This document shows, piece by piece, positions 1 through 8,561 of a stretch of DNA of 64,000 nucleotides. The stretch spans positions 6,528,001-6,592,000 of the forward strand of contig CBDBDQ010000005.1 in assembly GCA_965203905.1 (NCBI GenBank), in the 5' to 3' direction. A program made the translations under genes and the position numbers. Position 1 is the stretch's first letter. Every line of letters begins with the position of its first letter. This stretch comes from Spirochaetia bacterium (GTDB lineage: Bacteria > Spirochaetota > Spirochaetia > SZUA-6 > Bin103). The notes beneath the pieces were generated by a model, which searched no databases, was not told the DNA's origin, and saw only the letters and a program-made list of their open reading frames with translations.

Positions 1-2
1 TC

Positions 3-800
3 GGCCTTGACCTCGCCGTCTCGGTCGCGTCCAGCACCCCGGCCCTCGGGCGGTTCCCGGTCGAGGCCACCGGCCCCGCCCTGGTCTATCTCGCCGAGGA
101 TGCTCTGCCACGCGTCCGCGACCGTGTCGCCCACTTGTGCCGCCACCGCGGTTTGGATCTGGCACGCCTCGATCTGCACGTCGTCACTGCTGACCGCTTG
201 CGCCTCGATACCGAGCGCGACCAGCTCGCTCTCGACCAGACCGTGCAACGGATCCGCCCGGCACTACTGCTGTTGGACCCTCTGGTCCGACTTCATTCCC
301 TCGATGAGAACAGCGCTTCAGACATCTCTTCTCTGCTCGGCTTTCTGCGCGCACTCAACCGCCGCTATCAACTCGCTGTGGTCCTCGTCCACCACCTGGC
401 CAAGCGCTCGCGCCGCAATCTCGGCCAGTCCCTGCGCGGCTCCTCCGATCTGCATGCCTGGACCGACTCCGCCTGCTATCTGGTGCGGCGTCCCGACGAC
501 CGTCTGCAACTCACCGTCGAGCATCGCTCCGCTCCCGCTCCAGACCCCCTGCTGTTGCGCCTCTCAGGCGGCGCCGACCAGCCCCTCTCGCTGCTCGTCG
601 ACAACGCTGCCGCCGCCCCGCCTCCCCCGCTCGCCGAGGCGGTGCGCGCCACGCTCCGCAGCGCCGGCCAGCCGCTCTCCAGGACCGCTCTGCGGCAACG
701 CTTGCGCGTCAACAACGCCCGTCTCGGTCTCGCCCTCCAAACTCTCCAACAGCACGGCCTCGCCGTCCGCGGCCCCAACGGCTGGCACCTGCCGGCCTGA
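3..800 (+). CDS. AAA_25/RepA-like RecA-family ATPase, 5'-partial (likely the end of a mobile element)
   Basis: Frame is open from base 3 (GLDLAVSVAS...LVYLAEDA). Walker B-like LLLLDPL, VLVHH and LRGSSDLHAW motifs are typical of RepA/AAA_25 helicase-like proteins; short C-terminal HTH-like tail. Confidence 0.8.
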   Translation, partial: GLDLAVSVASSTPALGRFPVEATGPALVYLAEDALPRVRDRVAHLCRHRGLDLARLDLHVVTADRLRLDTERDQLALDQTVQRIRPALLLLDPLVRLHSLDENSASDISSLLGFLRALNRRYQLAVVLVHHLAKRSRRNLGQSLRGSSDLHAWTDSACYLVRRPDDRLQLTVEHRSAPAPDPLLLRLSGGADQPLSLLVDNAAAAPPPPLAEAVRATLRSAGQPLSRTALRQRLRVNNARLGLALQTLQQHGLAVRGPNGWHLPA

Positions 801-828
801 CCGGCACCGTCGCCTGCCTACTCGCTCT

Positions 829-878
829 CGTTCCGCCATTCCCGCGTTCCGCACCAGGGACGCGCTCGGAACGGAACG
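829..878. repeat. Two CGTTCCG copies followed by two inverted CGGAACG copies
   Basis: CGTTCCG at 829-835 and 845-851; CGGAACG at 867-873 and 872-878, directly after the ATPase stop. Confidence 0.6.
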
Positions 879-947
879 ACCACCGTACACACTCCGTGCC
901 AACTATCGTGCAACTCGCCTCGGCTCAGGGCGCGCAACGCAACAACC

Positions 948-1232
948 GTGTCGCTGCGACTGCCGGAATCCGAGGTGTCTCGGCTGGAGAGCACCGCTCA
1001 GGCTATGGGTGTCGACCGCTCCACCCTGTTGCGGTGGGCGGTCCGACGAGGCACAAGCGCGCTCCTGCTCGAACGTGCGTGCGACGCGTACCGGCGCGGG
1101 GAAGTAACCCTCTCGCGGGCCGCCGAGATTGCAGGCCTGAGCCTCCGTGACATGATTCTCCGGTTGCGCGATCAGGACGTAGTGTTGAACTACGGTCCGG
1201 AGGACTTGGCCGCGGACCTGCAGCCGCTTTGA
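948..1232 (+). CDS. UPF0175-family antitoxin with N-terminal RHH/CopG-like domain
   Basis: VSLRLP...DRSTLLR (RHH-like) plus YRRGEVTLSRAAEIAGLS (UPF0175); TTGA overlap with the downstream PIN gene. Confidence 0.8.
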   Translation: MSLRLPESEVSRLESTAQAMGVDRSTLLRWAVRRGTSALLLERACDAYRRGEVTLSRAAEIAGLSLRDMILRLRDQDVVLNYGPEDLAADLQPL

Positions 1233-1720
1233 CCGTCGTCGCCGCTGCAAGTCCGCTGATTTTTCTGGGAAAGATCCGCCGGCTTGACCTGATTCATCGC
1301 GTCCTGGGAGGCGACGTCGTCGTGCCGCAGCAGGTTCGAGACGAGGTGTTGGCGCGTCCGCTCGACCCCGCCGAGTCCGATGAACTGCATCGGTTCCTGG
1401 CGGCGGTACGCATGGAACGTGTCGACAGCCCGCGAGCCTTTGCCGCCGGCATGAGCCGCGCCGACAACGCGGCCATGACGCTGGCCGTCCGACTCAAGGC
1501 AGACCTGCTGCTCGCCGACGACCGGACCGTTCGCCGCCTGGCTGTCGTCGAAGGCATTCGACCGCTCGGCACGCTCGGAGTATTGCTGCTGGCGCTGCGG
1601 TGGGGACTGGTCGACCGGGCCGAGGTGCGCCGGCTGGTCGACGACCTCGTGCGCTCCCATGGCTTCCGCATCGGGGTGGAGCTGTATGCGGCGGTGATTC
1701 GCGAAATCGACCGGCCCTAG
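1229..1720 (+). CDS. DUF3368-family PIN-domain protein (toxin partner)
   Basis: ASPLIFL, VPQQVRDEV, LLLADD, GTLGVLL and GFRI pattern of DUF3368 PIN proteins; the first acidic/Asn position reads Ala. Confidence 0.8.
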   Translation: MTVVAAASPLIFLGKIRRLDLIHRVLGGDVVVPQQVRDEVLARPLDPAESDELHRFLAAVRMERVDSPRAFAAGMSRADNAAMTLAVRLKADLLLADDRTVRRLAVVEGIRPLGTLGVLLLALRWGLVDRAEVRRLVDDLVRSHGFRIGVELYAAVIREIDRP

Positions 1721-1775
1721 CTAGCTGGCCGGGCCGGTGCCTGACCGTTAGTCGTCCGCCCGCCATCTCGACCGT

Positions 1776-2045
1776 TCACGGCACTTCGTGCCGACTGTCG
1801 GCTCTGGTCCCTGAGTCGCAGCACGACGATGCCTGGAACTCCGTTGGTGGATATAATATGCGAACGTCGGCGAAATCCAGATCCAAGGTAACGAGTGCAC
1901 GTCCTTCACGTCGGCAGACGTCAATGACTTCCTCGTCACTTCCACCGCGCAGGCGCTGCTCGTAGACCGTTACGGCGTCGTGACCGTGGCGCCGCAACAG
2001 TGCGGCCGCGTCAGAGTGCAGGTTCTCATCTATCTTGCACTCCAC
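1776..2045 (-). pseudogene. DUF5615-family PIN-like toxin, frameshifted and truncated
   Basis: KIDENL...GHDAVTV...SDEEVI...LVTLDLDFAD; the GIIVLRL continuation lies in another frame near 1833. Confidence 0.75.
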
Positions 2046-2048
2046 TCG

Positions 2049-2230
2049 TCACGCATCACGCGCAGGAAGAACAACGACGCGATCGCGGCCTAGATCCGCC
2101 GCATACTGGAGCGCTGCCTGTATGTCAATCTCCCCGACGCTGTAACCGTGAACGATCGCGTCCGTTGTCTCTCCGGCGGCAAGGTTGTCGAGGATTACCG
2201 ACACCATGACTCTCGTCCTGAGAAGCAGGC
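2049..2230 (-). pseudogene. DUF433-family antitoxin, N-terminally truncated
   Basis: Minus strand reads ACFSG/TRVMVSVILDNLAAG...IDIQAALQYAA (DUF433 signature). The N-terminus is missing; the sequence begins 2 nt after the methyltransferase stop. Confidence 0.75.
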
Positions 2231-2232
2231 CG

Positions 2233-2835
2233 CTATCGAGCTGGTGCGCGGCCGGCGGAGCTCGCAGCCGGCTTGGTCGCCAGCGTCCGGTACAGCTCGT
2301 CGGTGACCGGGTGGTCGCGGTCCGTGACCAGGCCCGCCTCCGCCATGATGGCGCTCAACTCGGCGTAGGAGACCCCGCTCGCCCCGCGCTTCGGCCGCCA
2401 CTGCATGATCATAGCGCGCCCGCCGGCCCGCAGCAGTCGCGCGAGGTCTTGGGCCACCGCCACCTTCAGCTCCCGGGTGGACTGGTAGTGCATGATCTGC
2501 ACGCAGACGATGAAGTCGGCCACCGCATCCGACAGCGCCGCGCGGGTGCCGTCGCTGGCCGCGGCTATGACGTTGCTCAGCCCGGCCTCCTGCGCGCGCC
2601 GCGCTACCAGCTCCACCATGCGCGGCTCCAGGTCGACGCCGTACACCTTGCCGGAGTCACCCACCAGCCGCGCCGCCGCCAGCGTGAACAGGCCCGGCCC
2701 GCAGCCGTAGTCCACCACCGTGCTGCCGGCGCCCACGCCCAACTCGCGCAGCATCTGCGCCGGATCGGACGTGCCGAACCGTTCGGCGCCGTCCAGCAGA
2801 CCCGCGACCCACTCCTCGGTGTAGCGCTCGCTCAT
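2233..2835 (-). CDS. Class I SAM-dependent methyltransferase
   Basis: VVDYGCGPG motif I and VYGVD motif II. Confidence 0.9.
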   Translation of the reverse strand: MSERYTEEWVAGLLDGAERFGTSDPAQMLRELGVGAGSTVVDYGCGPGLFTLAAARLVGDSGKVYGVDLEPRMVELVARRAQEAGLSNVIAAASDGTRAALSDAVADFIVCVQIMHYQSTRELKVAVAQDLARLLRAGGRAMIMQWRPKRGASGVSYAELSAIMAEAGLVTDRDHPVTDELYRTLATKPAASSAGRAPAR

Positions 2836-2906
2836 GCGGGCCTACGGTATCCCGCGCTGCGCGCACTTGTCACACGGCGCCGAAGCCGGGCCGGATCTCC
2901 GGTCCG

Positions 2907-4064
2907 TCAGTTCGCGGGCCATGCCATCCCCTCACCGCGCACGATGCGGGAGCGGCGCTCGTAGCGACCCGGCCACTCCACCTCCAGCTCGCCGCGCTCC
3001 ACCATCAGGCTGAGCGGGTTGAGCCGCGTCTTGAGCGGCAGCGGGATACGCTGCCGTTTGCGCGCCGATTCGTACAGCGCCATCATGATCTCCTGCACCG
3101 CCCGCCCGCGGTCGCCGCCGCTGATCGGCCGCTCGATCCTGCCCTCCACCCAGTCGATCGCTTCCCGGCACTGGCGGGCCCAGCAGTCGTTCCACGGCGC
3201 CTCGATCGTGCGCCAGCCGCCGGTCTCCGCGTTCAGGTAGCGGGCCGTGCCGCGCTCGGTGTTGTAGCGGGCGGAGGGCCCCTCGGGCATGTACATCGGC
3301 GCGTCCGAGGGAACCTCCTCGGCGGGCGCCACGGCGGTGCCCAGCTCCATCATCCCGTCGCTGCCGACGACGCGGCAGGTCTGCGCTCCCTCGCGGCCGC
3401 TGTCGATCAGCAGGGTGGCGCCGTTGGCGCAGCCGGCCAGCGCGAGGCAGGCGTCCTCAGCCGGCACGTTGCGCTCGAAATGGTCGGTGGTGCGCTCCAC
3501 GGCTCCCATCACCCACTCCACCACCGGTTCGTCCATCAGGAACAGCGCCAGACGGATGTTGTGCGAGCTGACGTTGAGCAGGTTGCCGCCCGCCTGCACC
3601 ACCACCTGCAGGATGCGGCCGATGACGCCGTCGCGCAGCAGCTCGCGGGCGCGCAGCCAGGTGGCGTGGTGCGGCCGCTGGTAGGCCACCAGCAGCTTGA
3701 CGCCGTTGCGCTCGCAGGCGGTGAGCATGGCGTCGGCCTGCCCCAGGTCCAGTGCCATCGGCTTCTGGCAGATGATGGCGCGCGGGCGACGGGCGGCGGC
3801 GGCGATCACCATCTCCGCGTGCTGGCCGTGCCAGGAGCAGACATCCACGAAGTCGGGGCGCTCGCGGTCGAGCATCTCCCGGTAGTCGGCGTAGCGCTGC
3901 GCCTCGTCCACCTCAAAGAAGGAACCGAACTCGCGCAGCGCGTCGGGGTTGCTGTCGGCGATGGCGGCGATGCGGGTGGGGCGCCCGGGCACGCCGAGCC
4001 AGCCGCGGGCGTGAACGCGGGCGATCATGCCGCAGGCGACGATCGCGGTCCGGTAACGGCTCAT
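2907..4064 (-). CDS. Gfo/Idh/MocA oxidoreductase
   Basis: AIVACGMIA Rossmann start, CQKPMA (EKP-like) and QRPHH motifs; ATG at 4064 preceded by TATAGT. Confidence 0.9.
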   Translation of the reverse strand: MSRYRTAIVACGMIARVHARGWLGVPGRPTRIAAIADSNPDALREFGSFFEVDEAQRYADYREMLDRERPDFVDVCSWHGQHAEMVIAAAARRPRAIICQKPMALDLGQADAMLTACERNGVKLLVAYQRPHHATWLRARELLRDGVIGRILQVVVQAGGNLLNVSSHNIRLALFLMDEPVVEWVMGAVERTTDHFERNVPAEDACLALAGCANGATLLIDSGREGAQTCRVVGSDGMMELGTAVAPAEEVPSDAPMYMPEGPSARYNTERGTARYLNAETGGWRTIEAPWNDCWARQCREAIDWVEGRIERPISGGDRGRAVQEIMMALYESARKRQRIPLPLKTRLNPLSLMVERGELEVEWPGRYERRSRIVRGEGMAWPAN

Positions 4065-4154
4065 CGGCCACACTATAGCCGCCGGCCGCACGCCTGGACA
4101 CGACGCGCCGACGGCAGGCAAACCGGGGTCCGACTTGTGCTATTCTCGCTTTCA

Positions 4155-5633
4155 ATGAAAGCGGTCATGGTCATGTTCGACTCCCTCAACCGGCACCTGT
4201 TGCCGCCCTACGGCTGCGACTGGACCCACGCCCCCAACTTCGCGCGGCTGGCGCGGCGGGCGGCGACCTTCGAGCGCTCCTACATCTGCTCCATGCCGTG
4301 CATGCCCGCGCGGCGCGACTTCCACACCGGGCGGCCCAACTTCCTGCACGCGCCGTGGGGGCCGTTGGAGCCGTTCGACGACTCGGTCCCCGAGATGCTC
4401 GGCCGGGCCGGTGTCTACACCCACCTGGCCTCCGACCACTACCACTACTGGGAGGATGGCGGGGCGACCTATCACGGCCGCTACTCCTCGTGGGAGTTCT
4501 TCCGCGGCCAGGAGGGCGACCCCTTCATCGGCCAAGTGGCCGAGCCGCCGCAGCCGGCGCACGTCAACGGACGGGTGCAGCGTTCCGACCTGGTCAACCG
4601 CCAGCACGTGCGCGAGGATCGCCAGTTCTCGCAGACCCACACCTTCGGTGCGGCGCAGGAGTTCCTGCACCGCAACCACGCCGAGGACAACTGGTTCCTG
4701 CAGGTGGAGTGCTTCGACCCGCACGAGCCGTTCACTGTGCACCGCAGCTACCGCGACCGCTACCCCACCTCCTACGACGGCCCCCTGTTCGACTGGCCCG
4801 CCTACCGCCCGGTGGAGGAGACCCCGGAGCAGATCTCCGAGGCGCGGCGCAACTACGCCGCCCTGCTGAGCAAGTGCGACGCCTCGCTGGGCGACATCCT
4901 GGACGCGTTCGACGCCTACGACCTGTGGCAGGACACCATGCTGATCCTGTGGACCGACCACGGCTACCTGCTCGGCGAGCACAACGCCTGGGCCAAGAAC
5001 TGGATGCCGCTCTACGAGGAGGTAAGCCACACCCCGTTCTTCCTGTGGGACCCGCGCGCGCCCGAGGCGGCGGGCACGCGGCGCCGCGCCCTGGTGCAGC
5101 CGGCCATCGACCTGGGCCCCACCCTGCTCGGCCTGTTCGGCCTGGAGCGGACCCCCGACATGCTCGGCCACGACCTGGCGGGCACGGTGGCGGGCGATCA
5201 CGCGGTGCGCGAGAGCGCCATCTTCGGCTACTTCGACCAGCACGTGAACATCACCGACGGCCGCTACGTCCACCTGCGGCTGCCCGCCGCCGCGGCGCCG
5301 CGGGCCGACGCCTACACCTTGATGCCCACCGCCATGCGCGGCTTCAAGGGCAATCTGGAGCGTGCCGAGCTGGCGCCGCCGTTTCCGTTCAGCAAGCGGA
5401 TGTCGCTACTCAAGGTCGGCGGCACGCGCGCCTGGGAGCCGGCCTTCCCCGACTCCGCGCACGCGCCCGGGCACCTGCTGTTCGACCTGGAAGCCGATCC
5501 GCGCCAACGGCAGGCAATTCAGGCTCCGGAAGTGGAGCGCCGGCTGGCGGCGGCCATGGCCGCGCACTTTCAGGCCTGCGCCGCGCCCAGCGAGCAGTTC
5601 ACCCGCATGGGCCTGCCGCTGCCGGGAGCCTGA
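4155..5633 (+). CDS. Sulfatase (Cys-type)
   Basis: MVMFDSLN, CMPARRDFHTG (CxPxR), FDPHEP and TDHG motifs. Confidence 0.92.
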   Translation: MKAVMVMFDSLNRHLLPPYGCDWTHAPNFARLARRAATFERSYICSMPCMPARRDFHTGRPNFLHAPWGPLEPFDDSVPEMLGRAGVYTHLASDHYHYWEDGGATYHGRYSSWEFFRGQEGDPFIGQVAEPPQPAHVNGRVQRSDLVNRQHVREDRQFSQTHTFGAAQEFLHRNHAEDNWFLQVECFDPHEPFTVHRSYRDRYPTSYDGPLFDWPAYRPVEETPEQISEARRNYAALLSKCDASLGDILDAFDAYDLWQDTMLILWTDHGYLLGEHNAWAKNWMPLYEEVSHTPFFLWDPRAPEAAGTRRRALVQPAIDLGPTLLGLFGLERTPDMLGHDLAGTVAGDHAVRESAIFGYFDQHVNITDGRYVHLRLPAAAAPRADAYTLMPTAMRGFKGNLERAELAPPFPFSKRMSLLKVGGTRAWEPAFPDSAHAPGHLLFDLEADPRQRQAIQAPEVERRLAAAMAAHFQACAAPSEQFTRMGLPLPGA

Positions 5634-5673
5634 GGCGGCCTGCTACCTGAAGGGGCTCGCACCTGCGCAGGCG

Positions 5674-7100
5674 TCAGCGGATGGGACGAGATCCCCCTTT
5701 GCGACCGAGGCCGTAGCCAACCCGGTATACCTCCGGGACGTTCAGCCGGCCGTCGAGCAGCCGCTGGAAGACACCCAACGACTCCAGGTCCAGCCGCACG
5801 CCGTCGAACCCCTCATCCACATGGTGCGGGGGAAGCCGTTGCTCAGCATCCCTCTGCAGGCGATCCAGTACGTTCTCGGCACGCCAGCACTCCGTCACCT
5901 CGTCGAACGCACACGGAACCATCAGCCCCGCAAGTGGCGTCATTACCTGGTCCAACCATGGATAGTCCGCCCGCAGCTCACCGACGCGGATCGTGGCAGC
6001 CTCCTGGACGCCGCGCCGGATGCCGTCGTAGTGCAGAGCGTATGGGTGCGTCGGGTGTTCAAGCACCGTGTACTCGGCAGCCCTGCGCAAGGCGGCGAGG
6101 AACGAACGGGGACTCACCCGTCTCTCGGCGTCCTGGAGATGGCTGGTAATCCAGGTGTATGGCTCGCCGCGTTTAGGGCCCGGTCCCATCGCCGGACCGG
6201 CGATCGTCCGGAACGTACGGCGTTGCCGCTCCTCGGTGACGATCTCTCGCGGAACCGGAAATAAGGAGTGTTCGCCAACGTCCACCGCAGACCACCGGTC
6301 ACCTCCGAGGAACGTGCGCATACGAGCGCCGTTGCGCCCATTCCCGAGGCAGTGCCACAGCAGGCCGTACAGCTCCCGACGGGGCCAGTTCAACTGCACG
6401 GCTGAGGCCAGAACTCCCGAGGCATCTGGGAGGTCCTCGAGCTTGCATCCTGCAACTTGTTCGGCACGCAGAAACACCTTCACGCGAAGTCTCCGGTACG
6501 CACGCATCTGGAGCGCGACTTGCACCAAGCCGCGGATTATCCGACACATTTGCTGCCAATCGTCGGCACACCGATCCAGAGCATCGAAGAGGATCATGAG
6601 GTGCGCACCGTTCCGGTCAAGCTGCGAATCCCGCTCTCGAAACAGTCGCTCGATCGTCTCGGGATCGTCACGAACAAAGATAGTACGCTGCAGCCAGGTA
6701 CACCGGTTCCGTAGCGGATGAGTGTCCTGCGCAAGTTGCCACGCACACACCGTTCTCCATACGATTCCGGACTCGATGCCATGGGCAATGAGGTCCGTCA
6801 GCAGGTCCTTCCCCGGGTACTCGTCCGGCGCCGGCCTGACACCGAACCCCACACGCACCTCCGCAGCCGCGGTGTGTCCGCCAACCAGGCGGCGCGCAGC
6901 CTCGTCCTGAAGCGCACTCCACCAGAAGGTCTTTCCGAGCCCGGCATGCCGGTCACGAGCATACTGTTCGGATGCATCGCCTTCAGGTGAGAGCGCGGCA
7001 GGTGCACCTGTAGTGGGGCCGGCGACGCGACATGGTCGGTGCCTTTCGGCAAACCGGCGAGCGCTGCGCGTATCTGTTTCGTGGCGTCGCCGCCGGCCAC
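5674..7100 (-). pseudogene. P-loop ATPase (Sll1717-like), frameshifted in Walker A
   Basis: GTG at 7100 overlaps the TAG of the upstream gene. VTGMPGS|GKTFWWSAL is split by a one-G loss at about 6935. Walker B ILFDALD, KVFLR and SPRSFL follow. Confidence 0.75.
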
Positions 7101-8392
7101 TACGCGGCTCCGTTGCCGTTGACCAGCGCGTCGAAGCGTTCGAAGAACTGCAAGTAGGCCTGACTCACGACCTCCCGCTCCGGATAGTGCAACGAAGTAT
7201 CGCCGGCAAGGCCTGGCGTCCAATGTATGGGAATAGGATCGTGTGGCGCATCTTCCTCGAACAGATCGAATGAGTAACTGCCATCGTGATCACTGGAAGT
7301 ACCCCCTGCTTCATAGAGGTAGTCTCGGAACAGATCCCAGGCTCGTTCTCGAAACTGTTGCAGGTAACGGTCTTTGTACTCCCCATACGGCGTCAATGCG
7401 GACACGATGGCAAGCCGGTCCCTGATTCTTGGTGCCAATCCGTGGTTCCGCCAGTGTCGGAACAGCATCTCGTAGTCGGTCCAATGGCTGTCGGAGTTCA
7501 TGGCGAACAAGAGAACCTGCGCATCCACGTCGGTGACGGTCGCGGCGGCGATGTCGTGCAGGCCGCTGCGGCTTTCCAGAAGCACGATCGATGGCTCGTG
7601 CTTCTCTTCGAGCTGTGCCAGCATGCGTCCAAGGCGTGTTGTCCAGGGTCCTTCGTGGTCCAGGTAGACGCGGCCCAGCTTGGCCAGATATTCGCCCGGT
7701 TCGCGGCCGTGAGCGGGCACTACGTGCACCTCTCCGTCGAAGTCCAGTAGCCAGGGCGGGAAGGATGTCATTTGGTCAATTACGTGACCGCCCTGTCCCA
7801 CCAAGTCCTCCACGAACCAGTCAGTGACGCCGAATCGCGGCAACTCCTGTTCATCCAGCATCGCGGATGACAACCCCGGAGACTCCAGATCAAGATCGAC
7901 AACCAGAACACGCTCGCCCTTCTGCGCCAGATGCCATGCAAGAACGACTGCGGAAGTGCTTCGTCCGACGCCTCCCTTGATCGAATAGAGGGTATACCGC
8001 TTCGCTTTCCCCGGCGGCGATGAGTCCCGAACCGTCCCCCAGTCGCTGCCCGTAACCTGACGATCGACCCAGAACACGGGAACGTCCACGTGGATCTCGT
8101 GCGCTCCGTCGCGAAGGTACTCCAACATATCCGAGTCTACAGCGAGCACGGCATCGTCCGCGGGGTAACCGTGCGCTCCCAACACCGGCTGCAAGTTCTC
8201 GGCGAGGCGACGTACGGCCGCTTGAGCTGCCGCATCATCCTCAACTACGTCAGAGACTGACACACGGACCTTCCCGAACAGATCACGCACCAGGAAAACA
8301 CCGTCGATCGCCCCCAACGAAGCTCCCAAGGCCGTAAGGACGCTGGAGACCTCCTTGCGTATGCTGTCGAACGGAACGAACTCGTCACTCAC
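7100..8392 (-). CDS. ParA/MinD-like ATPase with variant KGGVGR Walker A and extra N-terminal domain
   Basis: YSIKGGVGRST, VLVVDLDLESPG and LESRSGL motifs; N-terminal VRDLFGKVR domain. Confidence 0.88.
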   Translation of the reverse strand: MSDEFVPFDSIRKEVSSVLTALGASLGAIDGVFLVRDLFGKVRVSVSDVVEDDAAAQAAVRRLAENLQPVLGAHGYPADDAVLAVDSDMLEYLRDGAHEIHVDVPVFWVDRQVTGSDWGTVRDSSPPGKAKRYTLYSIKGGVGRSTSAVVLAWHLAQKGERVLVVDLDLESPGLSSAMLDEQELPRFGVTDWFVEDLVGQGGHVIDQMTSFPPWLLDFDGEVHVVPAHGREPGEYLAKLGRVYLDHEGPWTTRLGRMLAQLEEKHEPSIVLLESRSGLHDIAAATVTDVDAQVLLFAMNSDSHWTDYEMLFRHWRNHGLAPRIRDRLAIVSALTPYGEYKDRYLQQFRERAWDLFRDYLYEAGGTSSDHDGSYSFDLFEEDAPHDPIPIHWTPGLAGDTSLHYPEREVVSQAYLQFFERFDALVNGNGAA

Positions 8393-8561
8393 AGGTTCCC
8401 ATCCACCTTCGCCTGTTGAATCATCTGGTACACCCTTTGAGCGGCCTTGCGATGAGAATCCGCCCGCGCGCGGTTGAAGTGGTGACCGGAAGCATAACGG
8501 TCGCTAATCGACCAGTCAGTGAACGGATCCCGGTTCGGTAACAGACGCAGATATCGTCCCC
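8389..8561 (-). pseudogene. C-terminal remnant of a small HEPN-like protein
   Basis: ...DPFTDWSISDRYASGHHF...AQRVYQMIQQAKVDGNL* with a GTGA overlap onto the ParA start. The WxxxxRY motif is HEPN-like; the 5' half is absent. Confidence 0.6.

Noticed and set aside
6925-6945. Programmed ribosomal frameshift in the ATPase Walker A
   Set aside because: No canonical slippery heptamer; a single-G loss (mutation or sequencing error) is simpler and resembles other lesions in the window.
7100-8392. Plasmid or chromosome partition locus
   Set aside because: No parB or parS-like array, a deviant KGGVGR motif, and coupling to non-partition genes.
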